In this document: one piece after another, positions 32,003-44,216 of the stretch
How positions within the stretch are numbered: the first letter of the stretch is position 1
Layout: each line of letters begins with the position of its first letter
From: Paraspadella gotoi
Taxonomy: Eukaryota > Animalia > Chaetognatha
Reading direction: 5' to 3'
Assembly (NCBI GenBank): GCA_051294375.1
Contig: CM119270.1
Location: 16,799,904 to 16,863,903 of the forward strand
DNA: 64,000 nucleotides
The notes under the pieces: generated by a model
What the model saw: the letters and a program-made list of their open reading frames with translations, nothing else
Database searches by the model: none
Told to the model about the DNA's origin: nothing
Program-made: the position numbers and the translations under genes

Positions 32003-34794
32003 ATTAATGTCAAATACATCGTTGTTTTTTGCTAATAAAAACTTATTTCCTAATTTAAAACTCAACGAAAAGAGAGATTTAATACAATGACTAGAAAAAA
32101 TATAAAATGAAAAAGGGTGTCATTGTGGTTGTGAAAAAGCTTTTCGGCGTTCTTTTCAGTCCATAGCAGCGTCGACGTCTTCACGCACATATTCGATATA
32201 TTACCGCACAACGGGGAGGAAACTGGATCGTAAAGACGGCCATTGCCTCATGTTGTTGTTGGTTGTGTTGTTTTAGTTGTTTTTGGTGTTTCAGTTGTTA
32301 TTTTCCTTGTTATTGATGTCATTTTCGCTGTGCTTGTTTTTGTTAGAATTTGTTTTTAAATGTTTTTTTTTTCGTGTTGCTTTATTTATCAGAGAGGCAG
32401 GCAGTCATCTGCTTCTGTATTAACCCGGCCCGTCCTGATTTTTTACTTAAACCAAATTTTATTAATAAGTAAGAAAATGACTTTTAATATTTTATTCTCG
32501 TCTTGAGGATTTATCAACATTATATACTCCAACTTCTTAGTGTCAGACTTTTGAAGAATTGTCAGGTTTTACTGATGTCAATTATTTTTATTTTATACAC
32601 TGTTAATATTTATTTCTCAATAAGTATAGTTAAATATAGGAGCTCACAAAAACGAAGAAAACAAAGGAAAAATAAATAGAAAATAGTGAAAATGTGAGTT
32701 ATTAAGAAATTTATTTAGTAGTAATTTGACATTGGACTTTGGTGCGTATTGTTTTTCTTCTTAGCCCCTTTTATTTTTAAACATATGACAATAATAGTAC
32801 TGCTGGAAAAAACGAAATTATTAAGAACAATATGTTATGCTTGTCAAAAATGTTTGGCTTAATGCTCTCTATAAATCCCTCAAAAACTTTTGAAAACTCT
32901 TTAATTGAGATTTTTATCATTTTTACCTTATTCTTCAACACCCACAAATGTCTTTGAATGCAAGCATAATGCAGTGTTCTAAATTGTTCAACTAAACCAT
33001 AGATTGGGGTATACTTTTCAAAATCATAATCAGAAGCACTTCTTGTTTTCAAAATTTCTGACAGTTTTTACCCCATTTAATGCGGAAAATACATGAAGAG
33101 AGTTGTTAAAAGACGTTTTTAGGAGAGTTTATAAATTGAAGTACATGAAAACAAAAAAAATAATAATACAATTATTTTTAGCAGTATTTTTTTACACCGT
33201 GAATAACCGTTTAGAATAGATGACAGTAATTTTAGCGATGATAAAAAAAAATGCAGTAAATTTTAAATGTATTTTCATTGATTAATATTAAATAGAGTAA
33301 ATCGTAAATACGTCATCCTTATAATTGTAATCGGCTGCTCCTGAAATATTGCACAATTTAAAATAAAATCCAGGTATTTTTTGTGAATATCATCTGACCA
33401 ATGTTTTAAAAACAAGGTAAATCCAAATCCTGACAAACAAATTAGCCCTCCTGCTAAACATATTATTTTGCTGTTCAATAATTTTTTTAATAACTTGTTA
33501 AACAATATCGAAACTATGAAAGCAGCAATTATAAAAAAGAAATTAGATAAAAGACTCCCAAAAGCAAAAATTTCTTTGTGAGAATTAATTAATTTTTCGT
33601 TCCATTCTTTCTGAGTAATAGTAGAAACATTAAACGGTCTCTTACCAGTAAATAAAAAATATTTTGACTGTAGTGTAGTTAATGTTAAAAATTGAGAATA
33701 AATTTTACTTTGTGAACCTAAATAATTTTGAAGATTTAAAATATTCATATGTCTCACCATATGATATAAATTCATATAAGCTATACTGCTAAAACCAACT
33801 AAAATAAGTATAAAAAACAAATGTTGAAGAAATAGGATGCTTCGAATATTGACAAAAGCGTATTTTAAACTTAACGCAAAATCACATATTAAAAGTATCA
33901 ATATCAATGGATTAATTAGGGGACAAAAATAGATAATTGCCCACTTTGAAGTCATAAATTGTCATATATATATAATTCGGATCTCCTTTCTCCTCATCAA
34001 TTTGTAAAAAATTGGAAATGGCTTTTACCCATTGTTCTTTGTTACTAAAACCTTTTATTAAAGGTTCTTTTATTTTGACGACTAAAAGTCCGGAACTTGA
34101 ATAATGTTATAACCGGTGAAAAATTTTCTGAATTCTGGAAAATCCCCAAAGTCCTTCTTGGTTAAAAATAACTTTGCTAATCTTATTTTGCTTATCGAAG
34201 TAAAATATCATCGAGACGAGAAAAAAAATTAATGACTGGTAACATGGTCAGTTGAAAGCAGTTCATTTTTTCAACTTTTTTTGTGCAACGTAAATTAATG
34301 TTTTTTATGTTTTTTGCTATTTCGTACAACTCAAAAGGCGTGAAGAGTCTCAGTAGAAGCAAAGGAGTCAGGATTTCGAACCAATAAGAAAAATTAATCC
34401 GATTTTTCAAGTTGAGGAGATATAAGATAAAAGTCGATCCATAGACGCCCTGCCAAATTCCGAATGCCATGCGAGCAAAGCTTGATACCCATGAACATGC
34501 TTCTTCTGAGTGTCTGTGACATATTGCCATTTTTGCTAAACTGATCGTAGACATCGCGATTGACAATAAGGTATTATATGATGTTATTGGCCAACTGCAT
34601 GTCACTTTTACCTTGAACATACTTTGGACTTGGACACCTGTAACAACGCCGCCGGATAAATCACAATCACATTTTGTGTTGGTTTTTACCAATGTATTGT
34701 TTATCATAACCAAAACTTTTAAATTTCTTTTTTCATTACCAAGTATTAAAGGAGAACACAATTCTTCAACAAAGCGCCAATTCACTTTTCAGTT

Positions 34795-34960
34795 TCGCCG
34801 CGAGTTCTCGCGGAGCAACTCTGTGAGTCACTTACCGGTCCGTCTGTCTGTCGGTATGTCTGTCCATCGGTCTGTCCCACTTACGTTAAAAATTCCCAGA
34901 AGTCGCTATATGGAAAGAAGCCAGCGGTTTTTTTCTTAGATTTTTATATCGGAAGATGTA
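34795..34960 (+). mobile_element. DINE-1/HINE-like non-autonomous element (palindrome plus GTCY microsatellite)
   Basis: CCGCGAGTTCTCGCGG hairpin followed by (GTCC/GTCT/GTCG)n and CCCACTTACGTTAAAAAT. Near-identical copy at 39820. A further shared block AAACTATAAAGAATAAAAGA occurs at about 35987 and 39977. Confidence 0.65.
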
Positions 34961-35174
34961 AAATGACCTCAATATTATAAATCTCGAGTTTTGCTTTAAT
35001 CGGAACCCACATCGTGGAGTAATCTTTGGAAACCAATCAAAATTCCACCCCCTTTTTTTTCGCACATTTTTGCATTTTACGATTTTCTCCGATTCTGCCT
35101 TCCGCTGCATGGCGATGCTCGCGGATGATGTTGAGACACAGGGATGAACGCATCGCCCACTGGCTCCTCCCTCA

Positions 35175-35540
35175 AGTCTAACCTTAACCCATGCCTCCTG
35201 TACATCTCCGTGCCTCAACCTTAACCCTAACCACCTTTGATGTGTCAACCACGGGCCCCTCACGTAACCCTAACCCTAAACCGGGCCTCCCGATCAACTC
35301 TCTGCCTCTCCCCTAACTCTAACCCAGGCTCAGGCCTCCCGTACATCTCCATGCCTCAACCCTAACCGCCTTTGACGAGTCAACCACGGGCCCCTCCCTC
35401 AACCTTAACCCAGACCTCCAGTTCAACTCCATGCCTCTCCCCTAACCCTAACCCTGGCCCGGGCCTCCCGTACATCTCCGTGCCTCAGTACTGGCGACAT
35501 CGCCAGGACCCTGGCGATATCGCTATGGCGAAGTCGCCAA
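35175..35540. repeat. TAACCC-rich tandem repeat (about 130-145 bp, 2.3 units) ending in three 14-bp palindromes
   Basis: Repeated GTACATCTCC(G/A)TGCCTCAA...CAACCACGGGCCCCT blocks with TAACCCTAACCC. TGGCGAnnTCGC(C/T)A at 35492, 35512 and 35526. Confidence 0.75.
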
Positions 35541-37427
35541 CAAGAACCTTACTTTAATTTAATGGTCATTCAATTTCATCTTCAGTAAAAAAACTGAATC
35601 TTTTAAAAAAAAAATCATTATAAATTAATTACTCATTAATTACGAAAAATTCATTTACACCATTAAATTAACAATTATCTGGTAATCCTTACGATATAAA
35701 ATAATTATTCAAGACAGTCTAGAACATGCTCAGAACAGCATTTTTTTTAATTCAATCAAGAACACGCCTAAAAGGGTCTTTTTTCGCCAATTTTACACTG
35801 TTAGATAAAAAATTAAACGTAAAATAGTATATGAATTAAACACGAAATGAAACATAAATAAAAAACTTAATACTTATGAATTATATTTATTAAATATTTG
35901 AAGTATAGTAAAGATTTTTTTGGTGTCACTCGCGAACGGACACGGGGTAGTTAGTTGCTCATTTGTTAAGAAGTGAAAAATTCTCAAAACTATAAAGAAT
36001 AAAAGACGGAATTCCGATGCAGTGCGAGTTATAAATACACAGGCAAAGAAAGTTATTGTAGTCATGTAGTCATGTCATGTCATTTAGTCATGTGATCACC
36101 TGGAAATACAAATGAAAATAAAGTCACTGTGGCGCAACACATTGGATAAACCGATTTAGTTTTCTCCTAGTTCGTTTTTTTTATATAATTAAATCATTTT
36201 TAGATGCTTAACATGCGACAATATTTATTTTTTATGTTTTTTTTTTCCTTTTCTTCTTTTTCTCTTTCTTCCTTTCCTTTCTTATTTATATAATTTATAA
36301 TTTACGTATATATTTTTCTGCTGTTTACTTTTTTATAACTTTATGATGTTGGTGTTGAAAAAACTGATTGGCGCTCTCCATTTGATGCGGAAATCCAGGA
36401 AATCATTGTAGCCCAACTTTGAATCAATAGCTGAGGGAACGATTCCAATAAAATATGTATAATATTTATGTTTATACACATATTTTGTTTGACAGTTTTT
36501 AAATGTTTCATCCTGTGTGTTATTTACAATGAAGATATCATTACTTCAGAACAGTTAGTTTTTGAATAGAAAACCATCAAAATATTATTAGATAGATATG
36601 TTATATTTAATATTTATGCGTATAGATTCTCACAATATTATATGAATAAATGTTTATATATTTATAAAATGACTTGTGAAATCAATTGATGTGGTACCAC
36701 TATTAAAGCCGCTTGTACCACTCAAACACTGTATTGTTTATACATGTGATTTCGAAATGTACAAGGTTATAAGAAATTGTATGTATACTAGTTTTGAAGT
36801 AACGATAAATTAATTTGAGCAACCGTGCAAGATAGGCGCCATCTAAATGAAAATCAATGAGCAGTGGCACCTCTGCCAATCCAAGTAACGCAAACAAAAA
36901 TATTACAGCTTTTCTCTTTTTACTTCCCATCAGCCGAGGATAAATTTGGCGGTTTTTCGCAAAACAAATTTTACAATAAATTGCTGACAATATTGCATGA
37001 AATAACAGAATAAATAGGAGTACCCATCCTATTTTATTCATTAGGTGTTGAGTTGAAAACAAATAATTGATTGTTAGTTGTACATCTGACCCAAGGTCAG
37101 AAATATTAAGGACAATGCTGAGAATCAGTGATAAAGGAGGAAAATTCATGATCTTAAAGTTTTGAGTTAATAGTTAATAGCCTAATTGCGATAGTGTTAT
37201 CTGATATCTTCGTCCAGGATCAGTTTTAGTAGCTATTGATCAAGGAGACAGTCTGCTTTATTTGCTTTTGTGAGAGGGCTGTCTCAGTGTCTCGGGAGAG
37301 ACCTAAAGCAATGGAAATATTTGAATTTGAATTTTGAATTTTCATCTAAAGAAAATCAATCAATCTATCATTCAATCAACTGATAAATCAGCCAATCAAT
37401 CATTTCGTGTGTGAGAGAGAGAGAGAC

Positions 37428-37491
<64 letters not shown>

Positions 37492-38759
37492 GAGAGAGAG
37501 AAAGAGAGGATATAAAAATTAAAAAATGTTACTTTTGTTTTTTATATTTAAACTTATTTCCACTCGCACAATTCTATCGAAACTTTATATTTAGTTAAAA
37601 TCACCACAAATTTCCTAATCAATCGGAATCTGCGACAAGCAGATCCGACTACATGGTGACCATTTCAAACCCGCCGCTAAAAAAATTTCACCAAGCAAAA
37701 ACGTCAAGAGATTTTAATATTTTGAAAATAAATACTTAAAGACAAGACATACTCATTATTTTATGTATAGATATCATTTCTTTCGGTTTACTTCTACTAT
37801 AACAGGAAGAGGTTAGAATACCGATAGCCTAATGTTTTTTAATAAAAAACTGTTTGTCTTATTTTCTGGACGATTTATAAAAAACTTGTTTTTTTTTTTG
37901 GTTGGTAAATCAGTCCCTTTACTCATCCAATGCAAACGACAGCTTTGGCGACAGCGTCGCAACATGGTAATCATAATCGAGCAACGAACATCATATCAAT
38001 GAGTTGATTAATATGCATCGAGCAACGAACATCAGATCAATGAGTCGATTAATATGTCAAATTGCCAAGATGTCTGAACGTAATCAAACAAGTAATAATG
38101 ACAATTATGAGAGAGGAGTGCATTAGTAAAACGAGAATAATCAGACGGTAGCAATCAACGTGATAGGTTTAATCGTCGGACTAATGTGATACAGCATACA
38201 GCGAATGGCATGGAAAACGGCATTGAATACGATATCAGAAGTAACATAACTGATGATAGTATGACATAAAAAACGCATTGAAAACGGCATTGAATACGAT
38301 ATCAGAAGTGACATCAATGATGACAGCAAGTGACATATATGACGCTAGTATAAATTAAGAAACGCCATTGAAAACGGCATTGAATTGTTAATTTGTTATT
38401 AATTTATTATTTATTTACGTATTTATTATTTATTATTAATTTATTTATTAATTTATTTGTTAATTTGTTGAAGAGAGAGAAAGAAAGGGAAAGGAAAGGT
38501 AAGGTCAAGCGACGGAGCGGAGAGAACGCGGAGGGATCGGGGGAAATTCAATTTGAAGAGTAAGTCGATAAGGTGAGGAAGAGTGAGCGAGATCGAGTTT
38601 AAAGCAGAGATGTGGAAGCGATCGATTTTTCACCGCTGCCAATCCCGCGCTTCCCGAGACGCTTCCCGCTTCCCGATTTCGAGTGCAATCACTACTTTTT
38701 TTTAGCCCGAACGCTTTCGCTTCCTCCATTATAGAGTTGGGATCCGCTGATAAGCAGAT

Positions 38760-39312
38760 CCGAATAAAAATTATACGAGTTGAAAAAATTAAGCAAGTTG
38801 AAAAAATTATGCTAGTTATAAATGATGCGAAATGAAAAAAAATGATGTAAGTTGAAAAAATTATACGAGTTGAAAAAATTATGCAAGTTAAAAAATGGGG
38901 CAACTTCAAATATATGCGAGCTGAAAAAATGATGCCAGTTGAAAAAATGATTCAAATTGAAAAAAATAGCAAAGTAAAAAAAAGATGCAAGTTTAAAAAT
39001 TATGCAATTTAAAATAATTATGCAATTTAAAAAAATGATGCGAGTTGAAAAAATGATGCAAGTTGAGAAAATGATGCAAATGAAAAAATGATGCAAGTTG
39101 AAAAAATTATGTGAGTTAAAAAAATTATGCAAGTTGAAAAAATTATGCAATTTAAAATAATTATGCAATTTAAAAAAATGATGCGAGTTGAAAAAATTAT
39201 GCGAGTTGAAAAATGATGCAAATGAAAAAATGATGCAAGTTGAAAAAATTATGTGAGTTAAAAAAATTATGCAAGTTGAAAAAATGATACAAATTGATAA
39301 AATGATTCAAGT
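38760..39312. repeat. AT-rich minisatellite with units of about 19-21 bp (AAAAAAT(T/G)ATGCAAGTTG)
   Basis: More than 25 degenerate tandem copies with a regular A-tract. Confidence 0.9.
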
Positions 39313-39457
39313 TTGTTATGTTAGGGTCACAAATTGAAAAAAAAATATCGTGGTTTATAATCATATAAGCTATTTACCGCTTAAATAATAAATAGAATCA
39401 GTCATGATGTGACAAAATGGTCGAAAAGTATCCGAAATGCGCTTTGCAAAAGCTTGC

Positions 39458-39516
<59 letters not shown>

Positions 39517-39819
39517 TTAATTTTCCTCGTCTCGAACATCACATAACGAGGTGAGTCCCAGCCGTTGTTATAATAATTCCAAGCTAGATAATTAATTATG
39601 ACATATCAATCATAGTTAATTAATAGATTCCAATTTTCGCTCTGCCATTTTTATGATTTCTTTTTCCGACTCACCAAGTCACCCATTTTCAATATGGGGT
39701 TTTTATCTGTTCATTTTATTGCGCATTAATGTGATAAAAAAAAAAAGCCATCATAAGGGCACACGCTTCTTCGTTCAACCACCTTTAGCCTAAAAACTAC
39801 ATCCACCAACCCTTTTTAG

Positions 39820-40040
39820 TTGCGCCGCGAGTACTCGCGGAGTAACTCTATAAGTCACTTTTCGGTCGGGCTATCGGTATGTCTGTCCGTCGGTCAGTCG
39901 GTCCGTCGGTATGTCTGTCCGTCGGTCTGTCCCACTTACGTTAAAAATGCTCATAAGTAGCTTTCAGGAAATCCTAAAACTATAAAGAATAAAAGATGCA
40001 ATTCCGATACATGTGCTCAGAAAGTTATTTTATGAAACAT
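39820..40040 (+). mobile_element. Second copy of the DINE-1/HINE-like element
   Basis: Perfect 16-bp palindrome CCGCGAGTACTCGCGG followed by (GTCG/GTCC/GTCT)n and CCCACTTACGTTAAAAAT. Confidence 0.65.
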
Positions 40041-42389
40041 AAGACGTTAATTATACATAAATTTCCTAGTCATGTGGAGGAGGAAGAGGAGGAGAAGGAG
40101 AAGGAGGAGGAGGAGGAGAGGGGCGACGACCGCATTAATTCTCACGACCCCAAAAGCGTTGTCACTCATCGATCCAATTGTTTTAGTTTTTTTTGAACAT
40201 AATATTTTTTTTAAAAACTTTAATAATTTATTTAGTATTATCATCTTTTCATCTCTTTCAATTTTTTTCAATACACAAATTTTTTCAACTTGTCTCATTT
40301 TTTCAATTTAATTAATTAATCAATTAATTAACGAATTAAAACATGTATGAGTGAGTATAAAAAATAAAATTTTAGTTCAACTTGACTTTGGTTTTTTTCA
40401 TGCAAACAAACTCCTTCGATGCTCATTTCCACCACTCGATTCCATCGAAACTTTATATTCTGCTCAATAACACAATTTCCTACCCAGTACCCACTCACAA
40501 AATTTTATATCATTCTATCCATTCAATTATGAATAATTCGAGTAANNNNNNNNNNNNNNNNNNNNNNNNNNNNNNNNNNNNNNNNNNNNNNNNNNNNNNN
40601 NNNNNNNNNNNNNNNNNNNNNNNNNNNNNNNNNNNNNNNNNNNNNNNNNNNNNNNNNNNNNNNNNNNNNNNNNNNNNNNNNNNNNNNNNNNNNNNNNNNN
40701 NNNNNNNNNNATATTCTGCTCAATAACACAATTTCCTACCCAGTACCCACACACAAAATTGTATATCATTCTATCCATTCAATTATGAATAATTCGAGTA
40801 ANNNNNNNNNNNNNNNNNNNNNNNNNNNNNNNNNNNNNNNNNNNNNNNNNNNNNNNNNNNNNNNNNNNNNNNNNNNNNNNNNNNNNNNNNNNNNNNNNNN
40901 NNNNNNNNNNNNNNNNNNNNNNNNNNNNNNNNNNNNNNNNNNNNNNNNNNNNNNNNNNNNNNNNNNNNNNNNNNNNNNNNNNNNNNNNNNNNNNNNNNNN
41001 NNNNNNNNNNNNNNNNNNNNNNNNNNNNNNNNNNNNNNNNNNNNNNNNGAGAGAGAGAGAGAGATACAGAGACATGGAGACAGAGAAAGCAACGAGATCG
41101 ATTGCTATAAGACAATTATTTTTATTTTTAGGTACTGTAATAAAAAAAAAATAGAAAATTCTTTTTCAAAGCACCTATTTCATCCAAAATTTAATCAAGT
41201 GACAGCTGCGCTCCTTGTTTTGTTTGAAAGTTTGTTACGATTCCTTCGAAACGTTCCCTGACACATTTGAATCGAACGAACGCCGTCCAAGATGAAGTTC
41301 GAGATTACAAAAAAAGACTCCTTACTGAATTCGCGAGATTTCGTGAATCGATTTCTGTGAATGCGTGATTCTTCTGCGCCCCTTCATTTTGTGAATTGCA
41401 CAATCCTAAACGGTTTCCAGATTTCTTCCCGAGATAAAGCAAACTACACCGCGCCCAACCGGTCGCCGAGGCCTCCACCCCACCTACCTACCAATTTGAC
41501 ATGTGGCAGTGGGCGGGGTAGGTTCGACGCTGCGTTAAAAAAAAAAAAAGATTTCGGATTTAACGAAGTCGCCGATTACGAAAAATTCGGTCGAAGATAA
41601 AAAAAAATGACGGTTTTAGCGCGAAAACGCGCGCAGAGGCGGGGATGACGACGACGGGTCGCGCGACTCGCTGATCGGGTTTCGCGACCCAACCGTTTAT
41701 TTGCTCATGGTGTTTCACGGTGTTTCACATTGTGATTCGGTGGCGAATCGGACAAAGCGATTCAATTGTGATTCGGGGGGGGGGGTCAATCCTTTTGTCG
41801 GTTGGGGACAAGGGGGGCGGCGGGGGGGGTGGAGGTTGATCGAGTTTATATATTTTCTCTATTGTAATGGAAAATGGGAAGGTTGTGGTGCGGGTGGTGG
41901 TCGGGCGGTGGCCGAGGTAGAACACGAATTGTTTTCGTTACGATAGAACGGGCGCGCGACGATTGTCAGCTCCGAGGGCATCATTTGGCGAATGTAAATA
42001 TTATGATAATTAGAGAATAAAAAGCTATCGATCGCTGCTCACTGTTATCGTTAATTCAAACATATTTTTTTAGATCACGTAGCTGACTTTCTGACTGAAG
42101 AACGGAAAGTAGTTTGGGAATCTAATTTTTCTGATTTAATTATTATACTACCATTTACCATTTACTAAAAGAAAAACTTCGATATTTAATGCAACATTCC
42201 ATTTATTAGTCAAACTAAAAATTCAAGCAAAACGAAAATGTTTTTAAAAAAAAGTATTTTCCCACACAGACACACGCAAAAGTTATTTTATAAGTTATTA
42301 AACGTCGAAAAAGACTGGAAATAAATACTGTTTAATTCTATAGAGTGTAAAGCGAGATACTGAAAGAAATAAACGCTAGGGGAGTGGGG

Positions 42390-42431
<42 letters not shown>

Positions 42432-43031
42432 TAAGTTCAAATTAGCGGGTTGTCGATTCACATTCGAGACAAGCGAGTTTAAAAAACCCTTTTTCATCAC
42501 GATTCATTTTTGCTACGAATCACAATAGGAAGTCCGTTGAAAAGACAAGGCGAGGACTTCCCGTTAAAACTTCGAAAAGGGTTAATTCTACGCGAGGCTA
42601 CAATACTGCGATGCCGCAATACTGCGAGCGGTATCAATAATAATATAACAATACTGTACACGGAAAAGGCGTTTTCATTTCGGTTTTTCCCCTTCTAATT
42701 ATGTACAAATCTAATAGAAATAATGAAAGACTAAAAAAAAAAAACATCGGACTCGTCCGAAACGTGCGAGGTTAATTAATACTGATTGTATCGCAGCCAA
42801 AGAGAGAAAAAAAAAACAACTAAAAGGACAATGAAAAGCTGGATAATCTGGAATGAGTCGCTATAATTTGTGTGTATATATATAGGTTGCTTCTACTTGT
42901 TAGTCTTTTATTTTCTCAGCTAAAATCGATTTCCAATTATTTCCCAGTATTTCACTGTTTTGTTTAAAAAACAAGAAACTGAAAAAAAAAATAGAAAAAA
43001 AAAATAACAGCAACAATTCATCTCCATCATT

Positions 43032-44185
43032 TCACGAATCTTCTCCATCTTCGTCCACCAGCAAGTCTTTCTCTTCTTCTCCATCATCGACGCCGCTGTT
43101 CGGCGACGCCGAGGCCTCCGACGTCGACGCCTCTCGCTCCTTGGCGGCGCCACTTCCGGCGCTCTTCGACAGTTCCTCGTCCTGCTTCATGCGATCCTTG
43201 TTGTGAATGTTTCTCACGTGACGTTGAAGATTGGAAGAGATGGAGAAACTCCTCTCGCAGAATTTGCACTTGTAGGGCTGCTCGCCCGTGTGGGTCCTCA
43301 AGTGCCTCGTCAGGTTGGCCGAACGCGGGAAGATTTTTCCGCAGAATTTGCAGGTGTAGCGCTCCTTGGCGGCGGCGGCGCGGTCGTTGGCGTAGAAGAG
43401 GGGGGCGTTGGGATGGTGATGGTGATGGTGAGGGTGGGAATGGTGAGACCGGAACACCCCGAAGTGAGGGAAGGGATTAGAGGCGCCGGGGGGAAGGAGG
43501 CTCATGTTGGGAGCGGGCACGTTAGTCGTCGGGATGGTGGATGAGGAAGAGGAAGTCGGGAAAAGAGCGGGAGAGAGGAAAGGAAAAGCCGGGACGGCGG
43601 TGGCGGCGGTGGCGGCGGCGGCGTTGGCGGCGGCGGCGTTGGCCACCATCTGCATCTGCATGGCGGCGGCGGCGGCGAGGACCGGGTTGGAGGCGAAGGA
43701 GGTCGTCGGAGGAAGAGGGGGTTGTTTGATGGAGGAGGAAGGGGCCGAGGTATGAGGAGAGGAGGGCGAGGAATGAGGAGGGGAAGAGGTAGGTGGTGGG
43801 GTGGGTTTCCGCTGGTGGTGGGATCGATGGTGGGTGGGAAGGTGGTTAAGAGTCGCCGAAGGGGTAGAGGTGGGCAGAGGAAGGCGTGCCAAGACTTGTT
43901 GAAGACCCGCGTTCTTGTGATGAACTTCTTCGTGACGAGGATGAGGAAGGGGATGAAGAGCAGGAGGAGGAAGAGCGGACTCGCGCGGCGGCGTCCTCGG
44001 CGGACTCTTCGACGACGCCGGAAAAAAGGGCGGCGCCGGTCTAGTCTCGACGGCGGAGATAGGCGCCTGGCGGCGCGGACTCGGCATTTCCGGCAGAGGC
44101 GGCGTCGGTGAGGATTGGCCGGATGGGCGACGTGATTGAATAGCGTCATCCAGACGAGGGCGTTTGACGCTGAGGTCGAGTGGGC

Positions 44186-44216
<31 letters not shown>

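Larger units (their letters stand above)
32700..37149 (-). pseudogene. XK-related (XKR scramblase family) multi-pass membrane protein gene, fragmented or frameshifted
   Basis: ORF 36703-37149 starts with the XK-type motif LNISDLGSDVQLTINY plus TM helices. About 36345-36510 reads IHILLESFPQLLIQSW (XK hallmark ES.PQL..Q). ORF 34192-34785 has LLSIAMSTISLAKM. Further hydrophobic ORFs at 33275-33955 and 32777-33052. Segments are separated by stops, frame changes and repeat insertions. Confidence 0.65.

Noticed and set aside
40451-40801. About 90-bp direct repeat either side of a gap
   Set aside because: Typical contig-end overlap at a scaffold gap.
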